Below, one piece after another: positions 13,501 to 25,500 of a stretch of 64,000 nt of DNA. Where the stretch lies: NCBI GenBank assembly GCA_963924565.1, contig OZ004607.1, forward strand, positions 27,962,001-28,026,000. The letters are read 5' to 3'. The DNA is from Ascidiella aspersa. Lineage: Eukaryota. Position numbers and translations under genes: made by a program. The notes under the pieces were generated by a model. It was not told the DNA's origin, searched no databases, and was given only the letters and a program-made list of their open reading frames with translations. The stretch's first letter is position 1, and each line of letters begins with the position of its first letter.

Positions 13501-16500
13501 CATTGGGTCGAAGTTGCGCAACTCTTCACAAGTGAGGTTGTGCACACAGCTTTGTTCGCAAGCTGAAATCATAATTAAACGCTAATACAAATCATCCGCT
13601 CGCGTTGAATTGAGTATTTGATATTGCTGGAGATTAAATAATTTGCAGTGGAATATACATTGGGCTTTAAAATGGAAAGCAAAGACAACAAACATATATA
13701 TTTATGTGCACAGAATATGTCACATATTAAAAAGACTTCCCAGTAACAGATTTTCTCATGGACATACGTTCCGATTAAAGCACAAATTTATCACCTGAAT
13801 GGCACATACAGTATTTTTCATTCCTACTTCATAACATGTTGATCTAAATACAAAGAAGGGTGACAACACACATGGCATTGGACTATAATATTTATAATAA
13901 CAAAATCAGTTTCAAGCTTACCAAATCTGCAGGCGATAAAGCTTCCCAATCTTTAAAAGCGAGATAACGAGCGGCCCCAATCAACAATATCGAACTTACG
14001 CGTCAAAGTGGTGGTCGGCGGAACAGTAGTGGCCTCGGTGGTGGTAGTTGGTGCTTCGGTGGTCACGACGCTCTTCCGTGTGGTGGTTGTGACTCCAGGA
14101 CAGAGGAAGGCGGGAGGGGAAAGGATGCAACGCCAGTTGGCGCGGTCGTACACGTTCTGCGCGCTGTTGGGGCAACGGCAACTGGAACGAAAAAATTGCG
14201 TTTTGACTGGTTAAGCAAGGTGGAGGGGCATGCGACCTGAAAGTTGGATGGTCTGCCAATGGTTACATTTTCACAAATAGATTTGGAATCGTTAAAATAG
14301 GTTGAAAAAAGTGATGGTACGATCCTAATTTGTAAAAAAGGACATTGCTGTTTGTCGCGAAATGTTAGTTTCGCAACAGAAAACACGGGGCGAAATTAAT
14401 ATGAAAAAATGAATTTGGACCGGTAAAAGACAAAATTTGCTGCTAATTCATTTGAAATATTGTCATAGGAATAAGCTGCATAGGATTATTTGGTTTTACG
14501 AATGCGATAGCAACTATAACTCCGACCAAAACAAGACGAACTTACGCCAAAGTACATTCTGGCAAAGCTGAACAAGCGTCGGTTGAGCCATCACAGTTTG
14601 AAATACAGAGACATGACTGCGAGCAGGTTGGTGGTGTGGCGGTGGTGGTTGCCTGACCAGGAGTGGTGGTTGTATGACCAATAGTTGTACCAGAAGATGT
14701 GGTTGCCTGGCCAGCAGATGTAGTAGCCTGACCAGCAGATGTAGTAGCCTGACTAGCAGATGTAGTAGCCTGACCAGCAGTTGTAGTAGCCTGACCAGCA
14801 GATGTGGTAGCCTGACCAGCAGTTGTAGTAGCCTGACCAGCAGATGTAGTAGCTTGGCTAGCAGATGTAGTAACCTGACCAGCAGACGTGGTAGCTTGGC
14901 CAGCACTGGTTGTCACTTGACCAGAGGAGGTATTGGTTTGACCACCTTGTTTTGTGGTAGTTGCAACCGGAGTAGTGCTGCTTACTACAGATCCCGATGT
15001 GGTGGTTGAAACTGGTTCTGAGAGAAAAAGTGCGTAATGTTGTAAAAATAATTTCAACTTTTTATAAATGTATATAGAAAAAGGGTAATGGCAAACACAA
15101 TAAAATAGACTCGACTCTGGTTTCCAAATTTGACTCCGGTTTTCCCAATTGGTTCCATTAGGGGGCATTTCTTCAGAATTATTTTAAGGAGGTGATTTGT
15201 GATTTATATGTTTAGGGTTGGTCTGGGACATTTGAAACGTGCTCGTTGCTTAGATAACTTGCAACGGGGACTAGGCTAAATTGATAGATAAATTTATGTT
15301 TTAAGATATAACTTTCCACTTTTCAGAGAGAATGTACCTTTGCTTGTGGCAGTGTACGTAGCAGTGGTCGTCGCTTGGGTCGCAACGCAGGCGCAGCATT
15401 GGTCTGTAAAAAAATACGCGTTTGAAAATTGTAATACAAAGATACGAAAAAATACACTGTCAAGGTATAACTGCCGCTTTAGCGTATTTACCATCATTCC
15501 CTCTTCTGAGCACCTTTCCTTCCTGTTGGCAAATCTCGGGTGTGAGGTTGCACGTCACAGAGCACACTTGCTCGCCGCTCGGAGTGCAATTGCAAGAGTA
15601 GCAGTCGCCCTCTGGCCATGTTGTGGGCTCTAAAAATTGAATTACAGGTTTTCAGGCATTTATATAAAGTACAATATAATTTACAAATGCCCTTGTACAT
15701 AACACGCAACTAATGTCAAACAAAATACCACCCTTTTTTAATTTGCGGTAAATTAGGCCATTGCTGCCAAATTAGGGGTCGCGCAAGTTTTATGTGTCGC
15801 GATAAATTCACACAAATTGTGTTTGAAAAGCTCTACTATACACCAGTTTGAAAGCTCTACTATATACCAATTCAAATCTATTATAGCTGCAACATAAAAA
15901 TGCAAAGTGTAGCTGACCGTCGATGAGGAACGAGATCTCGCTGATCTCCGGCTTCCTCCTCTGGACGGGCGATCCGTCCTTGGGGATCTGCGTCCCGTAC
16001 ACGTGAAGACGGAAAATGCGCGCCGAGCTCTGGAAGGGCTCCGACACCTCGGTGACAAACTCGCTTCCCGCCTTGCATCCGATGGTCGCTACTTCCACCC
16101 ACTTAAAGGCGCCGTAGCGCTGCTCTTCAAGCGCCTGAAATCGGACACGAATGGAGATCGATGAGCATCGTGTTTGGCAATACCACATGTTAAGTTAACT
16201 TTCCTATCTCTCATGCGCTTTAATTTATGTGTTGGGCTCATGTGACTTTAATCTTAGTTTTTCCATCACTTTGTGTTTGTGCTTCAAGCAGTAAGGAGCT
16301 TCAGCCTTTATATTATAGCTTGTTGGTCTTTCGGTTATCTCTCGTACGAAATATGTGCGACCGAGTGATTTCTGGCATCGGCACACATTACAGCGGAGCA
16401 AAAATGGATAAGTGAATAACCCAAAGGTAAAGTCATAATTGAGTGACGGAGAATACATTTCATTGAATACGGTAAGATTAAAATGTGCAAGGATGCAGTC

Positions 16501-19500
16501 ATTTCAACTTTCCAACATATTTCTGTCATAAATTTGCTGGATGGTACTGATGTGTTGCAGATGTACAACAACCTATCAAATAAACTAAACTCATGTCATA
16601 CCAACCGGCAGCGAAGTTTTTTAAGATGACTCTATAGCAGTGGTTCTCAACCGCCGGTCCGCGGACCGGTGCCGGTCCGCGTCAACTTTCCTGCCGGTCC
16701 GCCAAATATATTACAATCTTAAATCTCAACTACAAAATGCAAGATGCTGATTGCTTGTCCACCAAATTTAGAACTTCGCCAGCTTAATTTGCAACATTGT
16801 GACGTAACATAGAGTTAATGGTCTACTTTGGACTTTATCGTACGTCACAATGGTGCAAGTGTTGTACCCAACTGTTTAAAATTAGGCTACTGATAGTTCA
16901 AGTCGTAAACTTTAGGACCAGTTGTATATGAAAAACTTTAATAGAACCACGTATAACACGTATGATATAAAAAAACAGCAGCAAATTGCTCAATGAATTT
17001 AAGTTTCCGCTCTTTGCTTTTAAGTTGCATACTTTTGTCATATTTGCATTTTTCGTTGATTTTGATTTTTGAAGGTCCACCGGTCCGCAAAATTTGTTTT
17101 GAAATTTTACCGGTCCGTAAGGTAAAAAAGGTTGAGAACCACTGCTCTATAGTGTTATTCACTTTACTCTATAGTTTTACCAAACATATGGTGTATGTTT
17201 TTATAAATGGCCAATACGCTTCGACGCTTCGTTGTACTTACAATCATGGTGGCCGCCACTTCAATGTCTTCCATCGTATCACTGAGGCGGCAGTCGACGC
17301 GCAGACGTATCACGTGGTACAAGTATCCAAGGTCGAATTCCATGTCGCGATTGAACACATCGCCTGGTGATAAAAATAAGTCAAATACCGTGTTAGATTG
17401 ATATGTTTTTTACACAAAACCTATGTATTCTACTATGCTATATAGCCGACGAAATCGTATTTTTTTCTTATACTTGCTGTATACATTTATGCTGGCTGTA
17501 AAATTTGTATGCTATTACGTTGTGGCTGTCTTTATTTTATTCATTTTTATTGCAACCACCATTGGGTAAGTTTGTTTGTCAAGTTAGAAAATAACGACTT
17601 TGAAATATAACACAAGGAAGCTTCTATCAGTAACCTGTTATATATATTATACAGTGCGTTAAAATATTGCAATTGAATAAAAAAGCTTAAATTTCTACCA
17701 ATCAGTACAATGTGAAACATATTTTTTTATCACAACAGGTGTCTCAACCAAATACCAACTTCTAATCAACACAAAGTGATTTACAGATTTAGAAGGCCGT
17801 CAAACCAGCTGAGTAGGAAATGCGGCGGCCCGAGTTCACCAACCTGACGGGTTGACATCCCAGTAGGTTTGAGAGTTCTCGTCGACCGCCAAACTGCCGT
17901 CGATGCTCGCCGTCTCGCCTTGCTCGTTGCTGTACTCGGGAAGCTTGTCGTCCACTCCGTTGGTCCACACCTCGCCCGGCATGTACATGGTTTGTGTCAT
18001 CCAGTTAGGCACCATCGACCAGCCTAGCATGGCGAAGAGGAGGCAAGTTAGATCTTACAAGGGCGAAGGTTTGTAAACCGAAGTTGAGAGAGAACACGCT
18101 GTCGAAGGTTTCACATACGGGCGTTTGGTCAATATAAATTTAGTTGTTTGTCACCATTTAACCTGCAAAGTTGCGTTTAGACCGAACAAGAAACGTGTCA
18201 CAGAGAAATGAAGTTCGATTTGTTTGTTTTATGAAAACGATCAACTTGAGAATTAAACGAAAACTGAGAGAATTGGTTACTGAAAGATTTCTACAAACCC
18301 CGAAAACCAGAGATCGACCAATATAACTGTTTTTTGAGCGATATACCGACAATAAGACTTTTTTGTATTTACCAACCAATAACGATAGACGTTTTTATTT
18401 ACTTGACATACACTTAATAACTTTAATCAAATGAGCATATAATTCAAATTACATTCAGTTGAACGCAATAAACCAAACAATCTTTAGTCGTTCTGCTATA
18501 AAGTGAAAGCAAACTACAAATAAGAAATCTCAATAATTATAGGTAACTTGTTAAAGGAAACGTTGTGGAATAATTTCATAGTAAAATATCGCCAAAGTAT
18601 TGGCCCAAGTTTACCGATGTCGATATGTCGGTGGGTGTGAAATGTCGGTCAATATTATCGGTAAACGTTTTCTAAATACTGGTATATCTCCATTGTGGAC
18701 ACAAAATTATATACAGTTTTTTTTCAAAAACGCAAGATCGTAATAACAGCAGTTCAAGCACAACTAACTTGATCCCATCTTCTTTCCGTCCATCTCGCAA
18801 GGGCAGAAGTCAGCGATGGTCTTCACGCACAGCAGAAGCCCTGTGTTCCATACGGTTCCGGCCGGGCAAGAGCACTGGCGCTCCTCGGCACACTTGGCCA
18901 CGTTGTCGCACTCGGCCTTAGGCTGGCCGTCGCAGTCACTGTCGCACACGCAGGCGCACTCTATAGAATAGGACACGGGGTCATCAATTGTTCTTTTCAT
19001 AAAGGACCGGATAACTGTAAGATTGGCGTTCAAGGGCCGGATAGAAATTTTGTGTCGAACTTTATTAAGTTGATGTATTGTTAAACGAAGAAAGCATTAT
19101 TAACTTGGCAGCAAAAGCTGTTGTGGCTTTTATAAATTGTCGTTTTGTTTATGTAATCAAAATTTAATTTGAAATTGCATTCGATAACAACTGTACTTTG
19201 TACTGATTAAGGAAAAAAGCCGCGGGGCAGTACAATTTACTCTGTGGGCCGGATCTGGACGTAGTTTAATGACCCCAGGAATAGGGTGACAATACAATGA
19301 TTGCAAATATTTAGAAGCGTTTGTTGCACATTCGACCGCATCGAAATCGAACATTTTAGATATTGGATTTTTAGAACAAGACTTCTCAACCCTAAGGGGC
19401 CATGGTATCCTATTGAAAGGGATTACAGGATTTTAAGATAAAGTAGTACATTTATTGTTGAATAGCGATAAAATGCATGACGTTTATGTACAGTAACTAT

Positions 19501-22500
19501 CCTTTTCTTTATAGGTCAACAAAGTAAGTAGCAAAGACACGTTTGCTTATCTATTTTAAGTGTAGCTCTGAAAACATGCCTTATTTTGATGTGTATCTGA
19601 ATTGAATGTTCTTAAAAGAGTCGAGAAGTTCTACTATTGAATTATTTTGCATAATATATAGTTTCAATTGTTAAATTGTTCTTCCGGCAAAGCAACAGTG
19701 TACTTATAGGTTGTTCGCATTGTTAAGCCTAGTTAGTTGTCAACACTTACGTTATATCATAATGTATATTTTAAAATTGATTTAGCAATTTTTGTAACAC
19801 CACTGTCTCCAGTTTTATATAAAACAGTGTTTTTCTCACCTCATTATTTTATATATGATGACATAAGAAACCATTTGCAACGTATAGTGCCTATTTTCAC
19901 ATTGCAGCGCAACTCCCAGATTTGTTTATAGGATATACACTTGAGACGTAATTATTACAGAAAGTGGTATCCTGTGAAAATGTCATAAAACAAAAACAAT
20001 CCTAATCGCAAAACATAATATAATTTCCACAACAAATACAAAAAGTGAACATGAACTGCTTAAGCCCTCACCAGGGACGCATTGAGATTCGTCTCGTCCG
20101 TTGCTGCAATGGACCTTGCCATCACAAACCATACTGGAATCGGGTAAACACTCCCCGTTGCCACAGTAGAAAGCACATGCTGGGGTCGTGGTCATCTCTG
20201 GGGTCTAATAAACAAAAATAGATTTATAGCGGTTTGATTTTCGAAAACAATCAACTTGAGCATTAAATGAAAGCCATGAGAGGTGGTTACTGAAATAATT
20301 ATGGAAACTCCGAAAACACCGTCTTTGTGTAGACGTTTCATTAGTAAAGTATGCAGACGTTTCATTAGTAAAGTATATCGAAAAAGGAAAAGGTATTTTA
20401 CCGTCGTGGTTTCTCCACAGTTGAAGTCATCGCCAGCTATCACTTGTCCGCTGTGGTCACAATAAAGGATGTAACAGTGGCCGAGCGACTGTCCGCTTTC
20501 AATAACGGCCCCTGAAACGAAATTACAATGGTGACATACTTTGTGTACAGCTCTCTACTTAATAGTGGTATGTACGATATTAATGCTATAACATTATATT
20601 GTACTCCATAATGATTAATACGCAGTATTTAAGCTATTGCAAGCAATCACCTAATTCGTAGATCTTTCCGTTGTATACGCATCCTTGCATAGGAGTGCTT
20701 GTCATTGGTGGAGTGGTCGTAGTCTCTGGGCAGTCGTACTCATCTGTGCCATCTTGACAATCTTTTTTGCCATCGCATCTAAAGTTAAATTTACACTTGA
20801 TAATAGCTACATCAATTCGGTATGGTATTGTACTCAGTTTTGAACGTGATGTTTTCAAACAATTTAGGTATGAATCACTTTCAAAAAGAACAACCTAGAC
20901 TTAGTATGTTTACTAAGTTAAAGACAAAGGGGAGATATAAAGATTCACGAAACACTTTTTATTTGTGCATGTAGATTACAAAGAAGTTCAGAGTTATTTT
21001 GTATAACTATAAACATTATCGCATTTTATTTTATTTCAGTAGCATTTTGTTTGAAGCATTTATCTTTATAAATACAATTTCCAAGGTGTTTAAACAGGCC
21101 GAAAAACGCAGGAAACTTACTGCCATTTAATGGGAATGCATCTGGTCCCGTCACATCTGACCATATTGGTTCCGCATGGTTCCATTGTGGTAGTTGGTGC
21201 ACTGGTTGTGACTCCTGCGTCGATATAATAACGGTTGACAAAAAATTGCCAATACTTCTACTGCTACTAAATATACGATATAAAAACAAAAAAGAACATA
21301 AAAACGAAAGAAACAATGTGACCTTATTGCATGAAAAGTAAAGCATTTTTTTTATTAAAATCGCTTTTATTAAAATCGAAAATCGCAGTTTTTTAAGTGT
21401 AACAACAGGCAATGTTGCAAACTATCTCCTTGTAAACTGCAAGTTACCTGCTCCTGAGCTAGTAGTGGTCACACCAGATGGAACGGTGGTTGTGACCACA
21501 CCGCTGGTGCCGGTCACCAGACCAGTTGTGGTGGCCGGGACGGTGGTCGGGCTAAGTATCTCCTCGCAATCGGGACAGCATCGGCCGTCTACACTGACCG
21601 CCATGGTGCCGCTGGGACATTGAGCGCACACCATGACCGTACAAGCCAGGTTGCCCGCTTGTGTACACGTGCAGCTGGAACAGACGCCAGTCGACCAGGT
21701 AACTCCGACCTGTGTTTTGAGGCAAGTGTTTCAAGCAAAAACAAGTATCTCAAAAAAATATAAGCTTTACGTTTCAGACCTTTTAATTTAAAGTACAGTC
21801 CAAAACGTTTTAATTTGAAGTACAGCCAAAACGGAAAACACTAATCGTGTGGTTTAATCACGAAATTCTGTAAACCAATTGTTACAATATATATTGTTAG
21901 CCAAATAAAATAAAGCCGAATTAACTACGAAGAAAACAAAATGCGTGTCGAGAAACATTTTTGTGGAACTGAGTGATGTTGCATAGGAAGTAACCTATTA
22001 CCAGCAATAGTTTAACAGGTAAAAAGAATATAATGTCCCCGAAAGGGAAATCAGTTGTGAGTTTGATCAAAAAGAGATAAGTTTTGGTTTTCTGCGTAAT
22101 TATACAAACCCAGTTCATGGCAGTATGAACAGTCAAATATATGCTTTGGTCTCATGGGGGCCTTAGGAAACAAATGTTAAATGACTCTCGAAGGAACACA
22201 CATGGTGTTCGATAACAGTGGCAAAACGTGAAAAGAAAATAATAATAATAATAATAATAATGCCGAAATCTTAAAGAAAACACTTTTCTTTCACGTCTGG
22301 ACTGTCATCGTAGCATCGCTAACCCGTATCATCGCTAACCCGATCCCCAGTGGTGGCCCTAGTTGCAAATATGAAGCTGTTTCAAACTTTTAACATACCG
22401 CATGGTATACGCCGGCCGGTTGTTCGCACACGCCAGTAGTTGTAGGTCTGCAGCTGCAGCACACTCCATCGTCGGCGACGTGGTTGACCAGCTCAAATCC

Positions 22501-25500
22501 CGTCTCGCATTGCAGACTGCAGTGTTCGCCACAGCTCGCCTCGCCGTCTGGGTTACATTTGCACATCGTGCATTCGCCAGTAGTCCACACCGCGTCCATC
22601 TACACACACGAGTTACTTGTATAAGGCTCGGTTGGGCAAGTTAAGCTGAAGCGGTTGCGGATATTTGCGATGCCGTTTACTGTGGATCAGGGGCCGATCC
22701 TCGAATTTTGTTTTTGGGGCATGAAAAATGTATAGTTATGACGTCACAAGGTGTGTCATACTGTGAAGTCACAATCAAAACAATCTTATGAGATTAAAAT
22801 GTATGTAAACGTCAAAACCGAACACGGTACGTTTTGATTGAGAGGTTACCATTAACATGGGCAACATGTTATATAAAATCGTAAAATCAAAAACAAAATT
22901 GCTTTAGATAGTTAAATTTAGTAAAAAATATAGTTTTTGGGGTGCATGGTCTCGTGCCCCCCACCACTTGAATCCGCCCCTGCTGTGAATGATTTTTGTT
23001 ACCACGACCAACTAACCAAGGCGGTTCAATGACTCGTCGATTACACGGTAAATGGTTGTGATGAAACATTTCAAACTTAGCAATTTACATTTTTTTCATA
23101 AACTACTCAGTGATCGAAGAAAAAATATTAATACTTTGGTCGATCGAAAGGAAATGTCGTCGCCTTTTTTCGAAACCAAAAAGTTTTCTATTTTTATAGG
23201 TAACAGCAAACAGGTCGACTGATTAAATCTTGATGGGCGTAACAACTTAAATGGTAAAATTTCCACACTCACCTCGTAGCGAGTTCCGTTGTGTACGCAT
23301 TGCCTCTCGGCGCAATAACAGCACTGTCCAGGTTCATTCACAAGTTCTTGGCTGTCTGTGCACTGCAAATTACACGACCTGGCGCACACGAAGCCCTCGT
23401 CGGTACACATACAAGTGGTGCATGTGCCCTCTTCGACCTTGTCGCCAAACTGTGGACAGTGTTTTATGACAATTATTAGCTGATATGGAATGGACACACC
23501 AGAACTAATGCAGAGTCTTGAAAACATCAGAAACTTATGACCAAAGTCTTGAAACACCAGAACTGATGCACATTAAACGGCAAAATAATCTAAACACTGC
23601 GTAACACTTTTGACAAACATCGACACTGCAAGACTTTGACGCAAACTCATTCTCGCGTACTCTTCCAAAAATGAGATACATATTGTAAATATTTTTTAGA
23701 AATATAAAAGTCATAGCCATTTTTTCTTAATACTATACAAGTTGCTTTAGGTAATCTTGTTTTAAATAATAACCCCTAAGAGTTCGTCTAGTATTTGCTG
23801 CTATCAGAACGTCGTTTTATAACTTTGTTTACACGATAAGAGCGACTTTAATCTAACATTTGGTAATCCTATGTGGTTATACAAGACGAAAATTTTAATA
23901 ATTAATACATCAAGTTATTTTAATTGCTATTACAAAACGAGAAAAATAAATTAAATATATTTACCTGATAAAACTTGCCGTCTTCTTCTCTATAGCACGG
24001 GCACTCTTCGGGCATGATGCAGGTGCCATTGTTCATTACCTGGCCTTCGGGGCAGACGCAAGCTTTCTCGCAATCATCAACGCACTCTGAAGGGTTCTGG
24101 CACGTTTTCGAACATCCGCATGCAGTCGGGACAAACGGCTCGGTACATACCACTGAAGTAAAGTAACGTTAACCACAAATAAAGTCTAAGTACAAAGTAT
24201 TTTTATTTGTTTTACACTTACGCTCTGTTGTAGTTTCTACACCGGTAGGCGTGGTGATTTCTGTCGTTTTTATGGTTGTAACGCCGGAAACCGTTGTCGT
24301 CAAGGAGGCACTGGAACTGCTTGTAACTTCTACATAAATACACGAACGTTAATGAAAATTAATGATGAAGGGTAGAACATCCTCATATACGTTACCGATT
24401 TAACTTAGGCAAGCCAACCTACAGAAAAGTTATAAAGTATTTTCGGAAGTAACGCAAAAATACAAATTTTGTGAGTTATATGTAAAACTTACAAATTCGT
24501 TGATTTTGTTTGTAACGCACCTAACACGGATTTAAACTATTTTAATGCAAAAAAATAGATAAAAACTATTTTAAGCACAAAAAAATAAAATAAAATAAAA
24601 AAATCCAAAATTTGAGCTTAGGGGATTTTGTATAGACAATGTCGTTTTCAGAACCCCAGGCGGGTTTAGGTATGTCTGTTGAATTACCTGGTACGGATGT
24701 AGTAGTTGTTCCAACAGTAGTCTTCGGATTGTATTTCGCGGTCGTTGTTCTAGTTATGGTAATCTTTGTTGTTGTTGTATCGTGCCCGGCCATGCTGGTT
24801 GTTGAAACTGGTCCACCAACAGTGGTTGTTGTTTCATGTCCTGGCATGCTGGTTGTTGAAACTGGTCCGCCAACAGTGGTTGTTGTTTCGTGTCCCGGCA
24901 TGCTAGTTGTTGAAACTGGTTCACCAATAGTGGTTGTTGTTTCATGTCCTGGCATGCTGGTCGTTGAAACTGGTCCGCCAACAGTGGTTGTTGTTTCATG
25001 CCCGGCCATGCTGGTTGTTGAAACTGGTCCGCCAACAGTGGTTGTTGTTTCATGTCCTGGCATGCTGGTTGAAGAAACTGGTCCGCCAACAGTGGTTGTT
25101 GTTTCATGTCCTGGCATGCTGGTTGTTGAAACTGGTCCGCCAACAGTGGTTGTTGTTTCATGTCCCGGCATGCTGGTTGTTGAAGAAACTGGTCCGCCAA
25201 CAGTGGTTGTTGTTTCATGTCCTGGCACGCTGGTTGTTGAAACTGGTCCGCCAACAGTGGTGGTTGTTTCATGTCCTGGAATGCTGGTTGTTGAAACTGG
25301 TCCGCCAACAGTGGTGGTTGTATCATGTCCTGGCATGCTTGTTGTTGAAACTGGTCCGCCGACAGTGGTGGTTGTTTCATGTCCTGGCATGCTGGTTGTT
25401 GAAACTGGTCCGCCAACAGTGGTGGTAGTTTCATGTCCTGGCATGCTGGTTGTTGAAACTGGTCCGCCAACAGTGGTGGTTGTATCATGTCCTGGCATGC

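Noticed and set aside
16225-16458. 77-aa Cys-containing minus-strand ORF in an intron
   Set aside because: No convincing splice sites; flanking exons already join in phase
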